From: Eukaryota sp. TZLM1-RC
Lineage: Eukaryota > Protista > Metamonada: BaSk clade
NCBI GenBank assembly: GCA_040285825.1
Contig: JAUPSS010000002.1
Span: 3,038,001 to 3,102,000, forward strand
Length of the DNA stretch: 64,000 nt
Direction of reading: 5' to 3'
The notes beneath the pieces were generated by a model. The model saw only the letters and a program-made list of their open reading frames with translations. It made no database searches and had not been told where the DNA came from. The position numbers and the translations under genes are program-made. This document shows positions 25,577 to 38,067 of this stretch, in pieces (within the stretch, counting starts at the first letter, position 1; every line of letters starts with the position of its first letter).

Positions 25577-26347
25577 ATGTCCAAAGCACTACTTCTCATC
25601 ACTCTGTGTTTCGCATATGTGTATGCCAACACAACCACATTCGGACTTGCATTCCACACCCGCAATGATTACACCAACACTTTCCTACAGATGTCGTCCT
25701 TCCACGCTAACGGGGCTATCTTCAATCCCAACAATTGTCGTCAACTCAAACCCTATGCACCACATTGCATCCATTGGGTTCAACCCTTCTCTAGAACTGT
25801 TGAGTTGGACTTTGGGTACACGTTGAGAAATGCCGATCTTTCTGGTACACTCAACATCTCTACATCAATTGATTATAGAAATGATAAGTTCAATCTCATC
25901 TCCAGCTCACATGGTATTGATACAAACCTTGGATTCGCTCTTTCCACGAATTCCTTCCTATTTGATTGGTATTATGGACTTACCCCACGTCACACCAAGT
26001 CATCACACGTAGTGCCACGTCAGCTGTCAAACTCAGATTTTGAATTTGTGTTTGAACTCAAGGGCAAGGGAGAGCTCAAGCAACTAGATGTTGATAACAT
26101 TGAATCCTCTCTTATTCCAACCTCAGCTCCTTCTTCTTTCAAAGTGGTTCGTGCTGAAAAGGACCATTTTGGTTTTAGTGCCAGGTATTGCTCTGAATCT
26201 AGATGTACTGTGATTTCATTTGACTTAACTGCTGATTTTATAGAAGTTTCCAATAGTGGAGTGCTGGCTGATAGTCACGATATGGAAGTTGACTGTGATT
26301 TAGAAAAGCGAAAAGTTGAAATTAGATTTGCTGTTAATGATGTTTGA
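25577..26347 (+). CDS. hypothetical secreted protein (256 aa)
   Basis: Intact ATG-initiated ORF with a signal-peptide-like N-terminus (MSKALLLITLCFAYVYA) and AATAAA shortly after the stop. Confidence 0.75.
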   Translation: MSKALLLITLCFAYVYANTTTFGLAFHTRNDYTNTFLQMSSFHANGAIFNPNNCRQLKPYAPHCIHWVQPFSRTVELDFGYTLRNADLSGTLNISTSIDYRNDKFNLISSSHGIDTNLGFALSTNSFLFDWYYGLTPRHTKSSHVVPRQLSNSDFEFVFELKGKGELKQLDVDNIESSLIPTSAPSSFKVVRAEKDHFGFSARYCSESRCTVISFDLTADFIEVSNSGVLADSHDMEVDCDLEKRKVEIRFAVNDV

Positions 26348-27224
26348 TTATAGTTTCTGTAAATAAATCAATTATTTTCACTTATTTCAATCTTTTTTTA
26401 AACGTTGTGTTACTATCTGCGTTGAGCACAAAACATTCATAAGAGCTCCTTAAACAATGGTTAATTCATACAGTACTTTATGTTTTGAATACAGATTGAA
26501 CCCATGCTTGTGTGAATTGCCTCTGAGAAAGCTTGCCAGTTCTCCACTGTATGTCAATATCTTGTAAACAATCAGTTCCATCACAAAAACTCGTAGTTGT
26601 AACCAAAAGAGTTGGAACTTGAGAAATTGCTAGTTTGGAAATACATTGAGGTAAATTACCAAAATTTTGTAAAGTTGAATGAATGAATTCTATTTCGTGT
26701 AGGAGTGCACATTCACTATTTTTTCTTAACGCAATGAAAGGATTTCTTTGATAATTTATTGCCGAGTACTACAATTGCAAACCTGATAATAGAGGTTTTC
26801 CCTCATCAACATCGCTAGAAACAGCATCTTAACGAGCATGTGAATCATATTCATTTTATAGGGAGGAGTTTCAGGAATTGTAAATTGAGGACGAAGTAGA
26901 TTAACTCTAATAAGTTGGGTATAAGTTCTGCCCAAATCGCTTATACCTACTGAACCAGTGCCACTGGGGTAATCAAATTGACGTTGTTGTAAGAACAATA
27001 TGTTGAAGAATTTGGACTTTGACTCATTCCGAATTTTTGTCAATTAACGCTAACACATCTTTTATCAATTGCATCTTGTTGTCAAAAACAACATAACATG
27101 TTCAAACAAACCTTTTACGTTCATTTGAATCAAATCCTTTGACTAATCAGACAAGACAAAATTGACTTGACAAGTTGTACAATTCAAAATGCACATTGAA
27201 ACAAGTTAGTTGATCAAAGACCTC

Positions 27225-28697
27225 ATGCCAAAGACTGTCACCATTCCTGAGCCACATTCAGTGAAGGAAAAGCTTTTCAATGATGAATCAACAAGCGATG
27301 TTCAGATCATTTATCGTAATACCACATTCTTGCTCCACAAATGTCTACTTAGCAAGGGATCTCTGTACTTTGCCAAGTGTTTTGCATCCAGTTTCGCTGA
27401 ATCCAACAGTCACATTGTAGACTTTTCTGACAGCCTCAATGTGGACATTGAGTGTTTCACGTTGTTTTTGCAGTACTTTTATGGTGAATCACTCGGTGCC
27501 GTTGACTGTTCAACATTCATCTCTCTTATCCAATTAACAGACTACTTTCACTGCTCCGAACTCGAAAACAGCTTGTTTTGGGTAATTCAAGATCTCAAAG
27601 ATGTTCGATGGATACTGCAGATCTTTGAAGCTTCCACTTATCTTCGTTCCTTCAAATGGTTCTCTGAAGACAATACAGTTGAAGACCATTTCAGAAAAGT
27701 GTTTGAGAATTTTGCACTAGCGCCTCCCCCACAGAACTTATCCGATCCGGTTCCTCTCTTGAAGGATACCTTTGTTTTTGTGAGTGACTATGCATCGTCA
27801 GTAATGAATGACTATCTACTCCAATGTCTTCCCATCTCTTGTACACACTATGGCTGGGAGCCATAAGAGTTACAGGAAGTGCTTGATTTACGTCTATGGC
27901 ATTTTGTTCATCCAACAATGCTCTACAATACAATTGTGGAACCATTAATGAAGATTGAAATATACCATTCTGCTGTTCTGGAATTCAATGCAAGAGTTGT
28001 TGTCACTTTGTTCAAAGCAATGGTCCCACTGCCAGTATTGGTGAATTCCCCTGCCAATTTAAAACCAAAAGTAGCTCCAAGGGTTGGTTATTTTGTCAAA
28101 GGTGACACGGACGTTATTCTGTCCAAATTTGAACCAGTATTCAACGATAAATATACCAATCGTATGTTTCCATCGACCTGGACCCCTATCTATCCTTCTA
28201 CAAGTTATCACGATATAATGGAATTCAACGATATCCTGGTTCTAGAAGTATTTAGCTCGCACAATGCAAACAATGGTTCGCTCCTCAAGGCGTGCAACAC
28301 CACAAAAAAACCAATTGTGTTTTTTTCAAAGTCTTTTCCAACGCATGACTCTTACTTCATGAAAAATACACCAGTGAAAATGATCAACTCAAGAGTACCT
28401 GCCGCTCCGTTCACTCCAACTTCAGATCATCCAATACTTTGTTTTACCAAATTTGCTCGCAACACCAGAAATGCTGATACTCCGCTGTTTAAAGCAAAGA
28501 ATTCGTCAATAGTTGTTGAACACATGGATGAACACAGATTTGGTGATTTAATTGTATATAGACCCGCGATCCGTTCATCAATCACTCTACTCAATAGTTA
28601 TCCTGTCATATTTGTAAATGCCATCCCATTTTTAGCACATGATCCAACATCCCTTCCTAAGATTTTAGCTGGATGTGTGAAGTATCTCCTTAAATAA
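27225..28697 (+). pseudogene. BTB/POZ domain protein with a single in-frame TAA at 27864-27866
   Basis: BTB motif SDVQI...FLLHKCLLSKGSLYFAKCF...FAES...LQYFYG. ORFs 27210-27866 and 27879-28697 share the same frame. Confidence 0.8.
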
Positions 28698-29239
28698 AAT
28701 TCTGCATAAACCTTGTTTTATCTAAATTCTAGCATTTTCTTCAGACACACATCGTCTTGAAGATGACTGTTTCGTAAAACTACACTAATGAATTCTGGAA
28801 AACTAATGAATTCTATTTTACAGTGTGATTATAGGTAGCGTTTGAGACTATTTGAGTAATTACTCTGTTTTTCTGTTTGTCATAAATATCTTATTTACAG
28901 TAATTTTATGAGAAGTAATGACACTTTCTCTTTCAATACAAATAATTGGCAGAACCGCTTCAGTAATATAAACTCATCGAAATTTAGGATTTTCGTAGCC
29001 GATAAGAAGTAGAATCTGTTTTTTCAATAGGAATAGTAAATAGAATTTAATTTTTCAAATAGTGTTAGCGCAAACGCCGTGGTGTCACATAAACAATTTG
29101 ATGGTTTTTCAAAAATTCTTGCTGTGAACAAAGTTTTCCCTTGTTTTTGCAAATCAATTGAGAAATGGCTGCGATCCTTCAAATGGACTATCTGTGATAC
29201 TGTTTAAATGGAAGCTAAAAGAAGTGAATTTCTAGGAGA

Positions 29240-32181
29240 ATGTCTAAATCCACAACTTATTACACAACTAAAAGAAAATTTATTAGAAGAAAAGAGTCTA
29301 AGGTAGAACCAATAAATGATTCTCCACAAGTTGTTGCAAAACCAGTTAACAATCGATTGAAGCACAAAACTTGCAACAATTGTGGTATTTCTTTAAGAAA
29401 AAATGCAAAAGGAAAAACGGCTGATCGATGCTTGAAATGCCGCATAGTTGATAACTATCATCCTCCCATAAAAATACCTCAAGAAATTCATCCGTCAAAA
29501 CGCAATGAAATTGCTTTCGTTTTTAAAAGATTTTTGGATCAACTATGTAAAGGAAAGTATGCTATCAATATTCTTTGGGAATTTTTTGGTTCTTTTTGTT
29601 TTCCTTTTGAACAAAATCTCGTAAATAATTCCGAAGATTTAACTAATATAGCACCGAGAAAACAGTCATCTGAGAAAATAAGTAAAATTTTTGAAGACAA
29701 ATGCTTTGACAACAAATGGTCCACGGTTTTGTCAGCTTTAAGCCCCGGAGTTAAAGCACCCCACAATGAAAATACAATAGATAAACTAAAAATACTTCAT
29801 CCTTATGAAGACCCTATAATGGATCAAAATTTTTACGGAACTTACTGGGAAAATTATCCATTGATGGCATCAGAAGTATTTTCGGTGATAAAAAAGAGAC
29901 CACGCGGTAAGTCTGCCGGACTTTCTGGTATTACTATTGATCATGTAAAAGCCGCAATTATTTCTTCAGAGGATGGTCTTGGTTTATTAACCAAATTTTT
30001 CAACAAAATATTGACTGGTCAACTCAGATATCCAGAAGAATTCAGAAGTTCTCGTTTGACTGCACTTGTCAAAAATTCAAAAATGGATGTTCGACCTATT
30101 GCAGTTTTTGAGAGCTTACAAAATATCTTTTTTGCGTGTTGCTTGAGCAGGTTCAATGAGAAGGCAAAAAAGATTTTATTACCCTTTCAATATGGAATTA
30201 ATACCACTGATGGAATCTCTTCAGCGATATTTGCTACTGATGTATTATTTCGCCAAAATGAATCCAATGTTTGTATGTCATTGGATTTTAGTAATGCTTG
30301 CAATTCACTAAGTCGTCGCAGTATCCATGGTGCTCTATTGCAATATATGCCGGAATTAATACCATATTTTCAATCAACATATTGCACATATTCTAATTTA
30401 CATTTTGGTAATTGCATGTTGAGTTCATCAAGTGGTGCAAAGCAAGGAGATCTGCTAGGACCTCTTTTGTTTTGTTTGGCCATTCATCCTATTTTATTGC
30501 AAATTCAAGAGATGTTTCCTTCACTAAAAATGATTGCATATATGGATGATGTTGTTCTTATTGATGATTTAAATATTGTGAAACAAGCAACTTTATGTTT
30601 TAAAGAATTACTTACCAAAATTGGTCTCCGACTTAATTTACTTAAATGTGTTTTGTTATCGAATTTTCCAGTTTCCACAATAGTTGATGGTATTGAAATT
30701 CAAGCCAAATTATATTCAATTGATGATATTCGTTATTGGGGTTCGTTTTTAGGAAATAATGATGAAATTACCAAAAAATTGTTTGAAAAGTTGAACTCAA
30801 TTTCCGACAAATTGACCGAATGATGAATTTAGATATACAAAAACACATCAAATTTACCATTATAAGACTGTGTTTTAGTTCCAAATTTAATCATATATTT
30901 CGATCTACAAATCCTCTCGTCACTAGACCTTTGGCTCAGAAGTTTAATGAATTACGTGCAAAAGTTTTCTCACAATTACTGGGATGTAAAATGTTCCAAA
31001 ATCCAGACCATGCTTACCTTAGTCCACATTATGGCGGTTTAGGGTGGACGAAGGCTTCTATTCTTACCTCGTGTGCTTTTGTTGGTGGATGCAGAAATGC
31101 AATCTTTGAGTTTTCCGAAAGATTTGCAGATTGGGAAGATTTATTGATGACAACGCAAAGTTCCACTGTTTTTGCATTAAATGAAGAAATTTCAAAAATT
31201 GATGTAGAAAAATGGGGTCGATGTTTTCCCCAATCATTCAATGGCAATATTCCAGAAAATAATGTTTTAAATTTGAAGTACACTGTTCGAACATTACAGA
31301 AACGATTGACTGGAATGTATGAAAAAGATCTTTATGATAATATATGCAGCTCGGCTGTTTTAAATCAAGATCTTCACTCATTGTTATTGGAAAAGGGTGT
31401 TTGTGAAAACAAGGCGTCAGATTCTTCACTTTTTGTAACCATTGTACCACGAAGATTTGGATTGTGTGCCACTAATGAAGCACTTGTAACAAAAATGAGA
31501 TTATATTTGAATATTCCCATTAATCAATTATTATCAAAAGAAAAATGTATTTGTTCGAATTCACCTCAACTCACTTTGCGCCATGCTCTGAATTGCTCTA
31601 AATTGATAACTTATCGTTCTTCATTACATGATGCTGTTAGAGACACTGTTTTCAATATGGCACAAACTGCAAGAATATCGTGTATCAAAGAGCCCCTGCT
31701 GAAGGAAACACTTTTTCTGAATAATTTTGGTTCTGATGATAGAGGTGATATATACTGTGATTGGATTGATAATTCTGAAGCTATTGTTGACTTTGTCTCA
31801 TGTAATGTTGCAAATGATACTTTGGTTCACAGAAGAAAACTTAATCCTGTGACTGCTCTTGATCTTAAAACAAATGAGAAACATAGAAAATATGATAAAG
31901 ATATTGAAGAGGCTAATGCCGATAGAAATACACAGCTGGTTTATATTGCTTTCCCATTTTCGATAAATGGAAGATTATCAGATGATGCAGAAACTTTTTT
32001 GTGTGACTTCCAAAAAATGGTTCAAGAAAAAACAATGAAAAGATTTGATATTTGTTTATGGCGCTCCCGGATTCAATTTTCCATTATTAATAGACTACCT
32101 CGGTTTTTCAATCGAATAAGAGAAGCTTTAGCTAGACAGCAAGCAGATCAAGATTTTGTAGAGGAAATCTTGGTTCAATGA
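29240..32181 (+). pseudogene. RT-RLE polyprotein split by one frameshift at ~30820
   Basis: GKSAGLSG, RPIAV, LDFSNA, QGDLLGPLLF, AYMDD and GGLG; CICS...HALNC, HDAVRD, RGDI...VDF and EKHRKY. Confidence 0.92.
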
Positions 32182-32240
32182 TAGTCGTCCCATTAGTTAT
32201 GAGTTAATTTAATTAAGTGTGCAAATTTAATAAATACAAC
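29270..32240 (+). mobile_element. CRE-like non-LTR retrotransposon (RT + CCHC + restriction-like endonuclease), probably 5'-truncated
   Basis: 12-bp TSD TATTACACAACT (29258-29269, 32241-32252); AATAAA near the 3' end. Confidence 0.9.
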
Positions 32241-32773
32241 TATTACACAACTTCACTTTTTACACAACCCCATAATAGGACATAATTTTGTTGTGTGACA
32301 ATTTTTCTCTTACCTTCTGTTGCACAAAAACTAAGCTGCCGTATGACGTGATCAATAGCAACATGATATTCCTCAAACCTTCAAATTACCTTAGCCTACC
32401 ACTATGAGTTTTACAAAATACATTTCTTTCTACTCTTGTCTACTTACACTCAACGGAGGGTCTTCATTTATAAAACTGATAAATCGTCCAAATAAGGTAG
32501 ACAAAAGAATTAGAACTAGAAGATGACGTAGATAGAACAAAGCCGTGTTGGAAAGCCCAAAGCTTGAGAGTTTGGACAAGATTTTGTTTAGAATAAAAAG
32601 AATAAAGAGGGGGTTTGGTTGTTATAGTCTCAAGCTTGCTCATTGTTGTTAAAGAAAATGTCGTGTTTGAGTATTGTGTAAAAAGTGAAGTTGTGTAATA
32701 AGTTGTGGATTTAGACATTCTCATTTCAAAATACACAAATACACTGTTATCCCAATCATTTCAATGCACTAAA

Positions 32774-33829
32774 ATGACAACAACCTCCACAAGAGCCCCA
32801 CTATCTTCATCCTATTCCGACCAGCTTAGACGACGTAGACTTATCTTCACTGATCCTGCAGCTCGGTCCTTACTGACTGATCGTTCTCAATACATAACCT
32901 TTCTTGAGTCCCAGCTTGATCGAGTCACTAGCTCTTGTCTCACAGTTGATTCTTTCTCTGAACGCCTCAACGACATGGCCAAAACCATAAACTCTTTTGA
33001 TTCCCGTATATCATCTCTCACCCACTCCATCTCAAACCTTCAAGAACAGCGGGAGTCTGATTTATCAGCTAGGGCTTCACTAGAATCTTCTGTCTCCCAC
33101 ATTATGGAGAGACTTTCAGTGCTGGAAACTGACCTCTCCAAAGTAAAGTTGGAAGTTTCCCAGCAGGGAAGCAAGGTGGAGAGAGTACAAGAAAGTCTTG
33201 ACGTTGGACTTAAAGATTTCACAAGAGAAATAAAAGAGAATTATATTGGTAGAGAAGGGTTTGTACAGCTAAAAGGTGACGTGTTACAGGTCAAAAATGA
33301 GACGGAAAAGTTGAGAAAAGATAGCAGTGACACGTGGAGCAGGGTTTCAAAAATTGGCCAAGATGTGAATATTTTGGCTGGAGATCAAAGTGAACTAATC
33401 AATCAAATGTCATCAATGCAATCAACCACGTCTTCTCTCAATCAACACGTGATTAGTCTGCAGAATTCAGTTGAAAATTGGACAGGAATTGACCCAAATA
33501 CCCTTAAAAATGACATAGAATTATTACAATTAAACCTAAATAGTTTAAAGCAAGGTAGTAAAGAATCAATAAGCGCCTTGTTAGGAGACATTGACAATCT
33601 TTCCTCCGTTTGTTTTAAGCATTTGGACGATAACAAGGGTTTAGTTGAGGAATTTGGGGGTTTAAAGAAGCTAATCAATCAGATTAATAAGAAAGTTGCT
33701 TATATAGAAAGTCAGTTTGGATTGAAGATGAATTCAGTTATAACCAAAACAAATGAGTTTTTAGATGAGGTGTTATTAGTAGAGAATAGAATGAATTATT
33801 TGGAAGAATTAGTTAAGGGTGAACGATGA
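32774..33829 (+). CDS. coiled-coil hypothetical protein (351 aa)
   Basis: Intact ORF from the ATG at 32774, long heptad-rich body, AATAAA directly after the stop. Confidence 0.8.
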   Translation: MTTTSTRAPLSSSYSDQLRRRRLIFTDPAARSLLTDRSQYITFLESQLDRVTSSCLTVDSFSERLNDMAKTINSFDSRISSLTHSISNLQEQRESDLSARASLESSVSHIMERLSVLETDLSKVKLEVSQQGSKVERVQESLDVGLKDFTREIKENYIGREGFVQLKGDVLQVKNETEKLRKDSSDTWSRVSKIGQDVNILAGDQSELINQMSSMQSTTSSLNQHVISLQNSVENWTGIDPNTLKNDIELLQLNLNSLKQGSKESISALLGDIDNLSSVCFKHLDDNKGLVEEFGGLKKLINQINKKVAYIESQFGLKMNSVITKTNEFLDEVLLVENRMNYLEELVKGER

Positions 33830-34325
33830 TTTGTATTATAGAATAAATTATATCAAAATTGGATGTTTCAGTGCTTTTGGGTTTGTTCCAGGTAAGCAAT
33901 ACAGTGAAAAAGGTTATTAAATGTTACATCCAACTTTTGGAGGTCATTTTGAGTCATAAGATCATTGTTTATCCTACGAAACAACTCTATTATTCAAAGT
34001 TGTGTTTTTGAATCAGAAATGAATGAGCAAACAAAATTTCAGTGGATTTGATGAACAGTAATATTGTTGACCGTCATTGTTCTTAGTGATACAGAAAATA
34101 AACAACACTCTAAATGTTTCTTTATCAGATTCAAGTACATTACACAGCCAAGAAGCTTGTTGTAGAACATGATAGGAATACAAATAGTTGTTGTTTCAAT
34201 GAAATGTATGAGATTGGATGGATTATTGCTGGTGGGTGCAGATTAAGCTGTTCAATTTTTCTAAGCAAACCTAAATCAAATCGAAAAGTTCACATCGATT
34301 TCCGCCATTTTTACATCTTTACATC

Positions 34326-36240
34326 ATGACCCTTAAAGACTACAAGATCGCAAAAACCATAGGCGCTGGCAGCTTTGGCCAAGTCTATCGAGCTGTCCGT
34401 ATCGCCGATGGCCAAGAAGTCGCTATCAAACAAGTGGACATTAAGAACATGTCGCACAAGGAACGCGAATCCTCTCTGAAAGAAGTGCGCATCCTTGCAG
34501 CCGTATCTCACCCCCATGTCATCCGATATGAATGTGCTTTTATAGAAGACGATAAACTCTTTATTGTCACCGAATTTGCAGCTGGTGGCGATCTACATAA
34601 CCTTATTTCCAAACAATTACAAAAACAACGCCTACTTCATGAAGACATTATCTGGCGCTATGTCATCGAAGCCGTACTAGCTCTCAAACATATGCACAGT
34701 AAGCGTATCATTCATCGTGATTTAAAACCTCAGAATATCCTACTTGACTCACGAGGTCATCTCAAGATTGCAGATCTTGGCTTAGGTTTGCCCTCCTTTT
34801 CTTTTCCTCATCCCAGGTCGTGTCATGTCTGAACAAACCCTCCTAGTTCATACCCGTGTAGGTACACCCTACTATATCTCTCCTGAACTCATCAGAGGAG
34901 ATGGGTATGATGAAATGAGTGATGTTTATGCTCTTGGTGCTGTGTTTTACGAGCTGTGTGCACTCAAACCACCATTCAGAGTTCGTAATAACAACATTAT
35001 AGCCCTCCAAAACAAAATCGTCTCTGATAAACCCGCTGCACTTCACGAATACTATTCTGATGAACTCAAGTTTCTGATTTTCAAAATGCTTGAAAAACAA
35101 CCCTCTGATAGACCTTCTATTAGTCATATTCTTAACTACTCAGAGGTTAAGATTAGAATGAAGGAATTGGAATGGAAGAAGAAGGAAAAACACTGGAAAT
35201 TGCAAATGGAAGAAATGCAAAAAGCTTATCAAGCTGAATTAGAAAAGTTGAAACAGGGTTCATCTATTGATGAAGAAACTCTTCATAAAGCCAAACAATA
35301 CACTCCATTGATCACTGAAAAAAAACGTTTAGAAAGTGAAGTAGCAGAGGTTTTGAAAGACTGTAAGCGTTTGGAAGAAGAAATAGCCACTATCAAGGTA
35401 CAAAGAGTGGAAGGGATAAATTCAACTGAACGTCAACGTATTAAAGAACTTGAAGAAGAACGTGAAATTCTTGCTATGCGTCTTATGGAACTTGAAAATG
35501 AACAGAAACCAGGAACCCCTGTTTATGACGATGACTGCTACCAAGATCGAGTAAATGAACCCCAGAACCCAGGCCTTGTTTCTGTGTTAGATGGTCAACT
35601 CGCAACATGGAAAACAGGAGGTGGAGCACAATTCAAGAAATCTTGTGAAGAAGATTCCGATTCCACATTCGAAGCTACTCCTCCTACCCCTATTAAACGT
35701 AGAAGTGACGAAAGATCCTCTCTATTTGCTGGACAAAACCCTCATGTTGGCTCTGAATCTGATCCCTCTTCTTCATTGTCGTATCATGCTGTTTCTGAAG
35801 GTCAATTAGAACAGTATTCACTCGATTATCTTCGTGTTTGTCGTCCTTTCGAGGCCAAGAAGCTCCCTTCACTGGTATGTGCCTTCAAATGGACACGTAA
35901 GGAAGCAGACTCATGGGACGCTGACCGTCGATGTGTCTTGCTTCAACCTTGTGAAGGTGTTACTTTCCTTTACAAGGTTGATCCTCGTGATTCTGGCAAC
36001 ATTGAATCTATAAAGGTTCGCGAATCTGGATCCAGAAAGTACAAGCAACTAGCAACTCCTTTGGCTTCTAGACTAACATGCACTACTAACGAGTATAGAG
36101 TTTATTCATTCACCATTCCCGCACACGTTTTGTCAACTGAGAGTATGACTCATTTTGTAGTAGATTTTGAGGATAACGAAGCTGTTAGGGAGTTGTTTGT
36201 TTTCCGTGTTTATCCTGAAATTCAAGCTTTTATCAGGTAA
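34326..36240 (+). CDS. NIMA-related (NEK) Ser/Thr kinase with coiled-coil tail; join(34326..34785,34817..36240)
   Basis: GAGSFG, VAIK, HRDLKPQN and GTPYYISPE motifs. Removing the 31-nt GTTTG...CAG intron (34786-34816) restores DLGLGRVMSEQT in frame. Confidence 0.95.
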
Positions 36241-36642
36241 TTTTGTATTCTATTATGTATTTAAATTTTTTGTCATAAATTACTTATTGTAGTTTTTATT
36301 CAGTGTTTGTTCATTTGGAATACAGCACAACACTAAAGTTTAATTTACCTTTGATTTAAATTGAAGGTGTCCACATTTTCAACATTGCTATAATTCAACA
36401 ATAAGTTCAACAAATTATTTAAAATTATTGCAATGTCTCAAAAGAATAATCCATGTTTTTACACTTTCCAATGATTGTTTAATTCAGTAGAAACTATAAC
36501 CATAAATTAAAAAACAGAACAACTTTGACAGAACAGATGAAATCCGAACAACTACAAAAACCAAAATTCCGATGTAAAAACAATCATCATTTTGAAGGAA
36601 AACAGCACAACCTAACAAATTCAAATCACTATTTACAAAACT

Positions 36643-37365
36643 CTAAGCTTTTCTACACACAAAAACTGTATAAAAACTACTATCTTTCCACTCACTTTTA
36701 TCATAGCCTCCATAAACTTCAACTACAAACCCTTCTTCTCTCAACCATTCTTCCACTTGCTCTCTCCTTGTTGGGTAAAGAACAGTGCTGTCAGCATGTA
36801 CACTCTCACCATCTTGTAGAAGTTGTGTTTTAAAGGTCAATGTCCCGTCTTGATTAAATTCATAATTACGATGAAAAATAATTGGTTGTGATTTAAGTTC
36901 CCGTTCTATAGGGGGCAATTCTGTAATTTTTTGGTCTAAGATGCGATTATAATTCAATAAACCAATGATTAGCCTACCATTTGGTCTAAGCAAAAGGTTA
37001 CATGCCTGAATGAACTGCTTCTGGTGCTTATGTTCAGCTTGAACAAGGGTATTGCCAACACATGTGATGAGATCGAAAGCTACCCCAGCAAAGAGCACCC
37101 CTGCCTCCTCCATGCTACCAAGTTTAAGTTTATCGAGGTGGATCTTGAGTCTTCCATATACATGATGAATGAGATCAGAGCTGACTTCGAGACCATATAC
37201 ATCTATGTGAAGCTGTAAAAGAAACTCGAGGAGATTACCAGTTCCAAACCCAATATCAAGAACAGTTGCGTTGTTTGGATGAGTGAATAGATTCCTGATG
37301 AGAGTCTTCAGGTGTTGTGGAACAGGGAAGATGGCAGAGAAGTAGGGGATAAGTTTAGCGTACAT
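36643..37365 (-). CDS. class I SAM-dependent methyltransferase (bacterial-like small-molecule MTase)
   Basis: Motif I VLDIGFGTG, motif II VYGLEVS, FDLITCVGNTL and LLRPNGRLII; intronless; ATG at 37365. Confidence 0.88.
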   Translation of the reverse strand: MYAKLIPYFSAIFPVPQHLKTLIRNLFTHPNNATVLDIGFGTGNLLEFLLQLHIDVYGLEVSSDLIHHVYGRLKIHLDKLKLGSMEEAGVLFAGVAFDLITCVGNTLVQAEHKHQKQFIQACNLLLRPNGRLIIGLLNYNRILDQKITELPPIERELKSQPIIFHRNYEFNQDGTLTFKTQLLQDGESVHADSTVLYPTRREQVEEWLREEGFVVEVYGGYDKSEWKDSSFYTVFVCRKA

Positions 37366-38067
37366 TTGATACTTTGAGTTGAACAATTGTCAAAAACCCA
37401 ACTGGAAGAATCTTTGATCGAGCCTTTTAGCAAAATAGAATTGTATTTTCTATTTTTAATGGAATGCATAGCCTTGTTTCTACCTCGTTGTTATTACTAG
37501 GAAGATTTTATGAAGAATATGCTATAACTAAATTTTCAATGCCAGATGTGGAGTTTGAGGAAATTGATTTTTAGTTTTTAATAATTTCTTTTGAATAAAA
37601 TAAGTAAATAAAAAAAATTAACCAAAATTCCTGAATGTGATCCTTTGTTCATAAAAGCAAAACAAAGCAAAAACAAGTTGAGCTGTAAACTGTCCTGTTC
37701 AGATAGTTGAATTTGAATACGTCGTTCAATTGATGGGATTTTCAGTAGGCAAAGGTATTAGTTCATTCAAATCAATGTATTTTTTGCGGAGTTAAAAAGA
37801 CTTTGGTCCAAAAAATTGTCTCAACCATAAAGTTATATCATAAACACGTTGAGATACAATGATGATTTGTTGAAATTTGAAAAACCAGAGTATCCAAATT
37901 GGAGAAAGCAGTAACGTGATGGAAATGCAGGCAACTCAAATGAACTGCAGATGAAGTTGATCAGAGAACAAGACACTGACATCTTCAAAAATTTCTTCCT
38001 GGAAGAGAATGCAAAAAGATATTTTTAAAATACGTTTTTCCTATATTACTTTTCAGACGAACTAAAT

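Larger units (their letters stand above)
29236..32722 (-). mobile_element. internally deleted MULE (~500 bp net) whose left TIR is split by a LINE
   Basis: The 49-bp TIR GAGAATGTCTAAATCCACAACTTATTACACAACTTCACTTTTTACACAA is reconstructed from 29236-29269 plus 32253-32267 and matches 32674-32722 (reverse complement). Internal MULE/FAR1-like remnant FYSKQNLVQTLKLWAFQHGFVL. Flanks ATTTCTAG/ATTTCAAA may be a degenerate TSD. Confidence 0.8.

Noticed and set aside
27864-27866. Alternative genetic code (TAA/TAG read as sense)
   Set aside because: The long intact genes need no reassignment and end in TAA, TAG or TGA (piwi ends ...LHFI-TAG at the expected C-terminus).
36643-37365. Methyltransferase as a HEN1 partner of piwi
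   Set aside because: I see no HEN1-specific motifs (FxPP, E..EH metal site, H.FEW); adjacency alone is not evidence.
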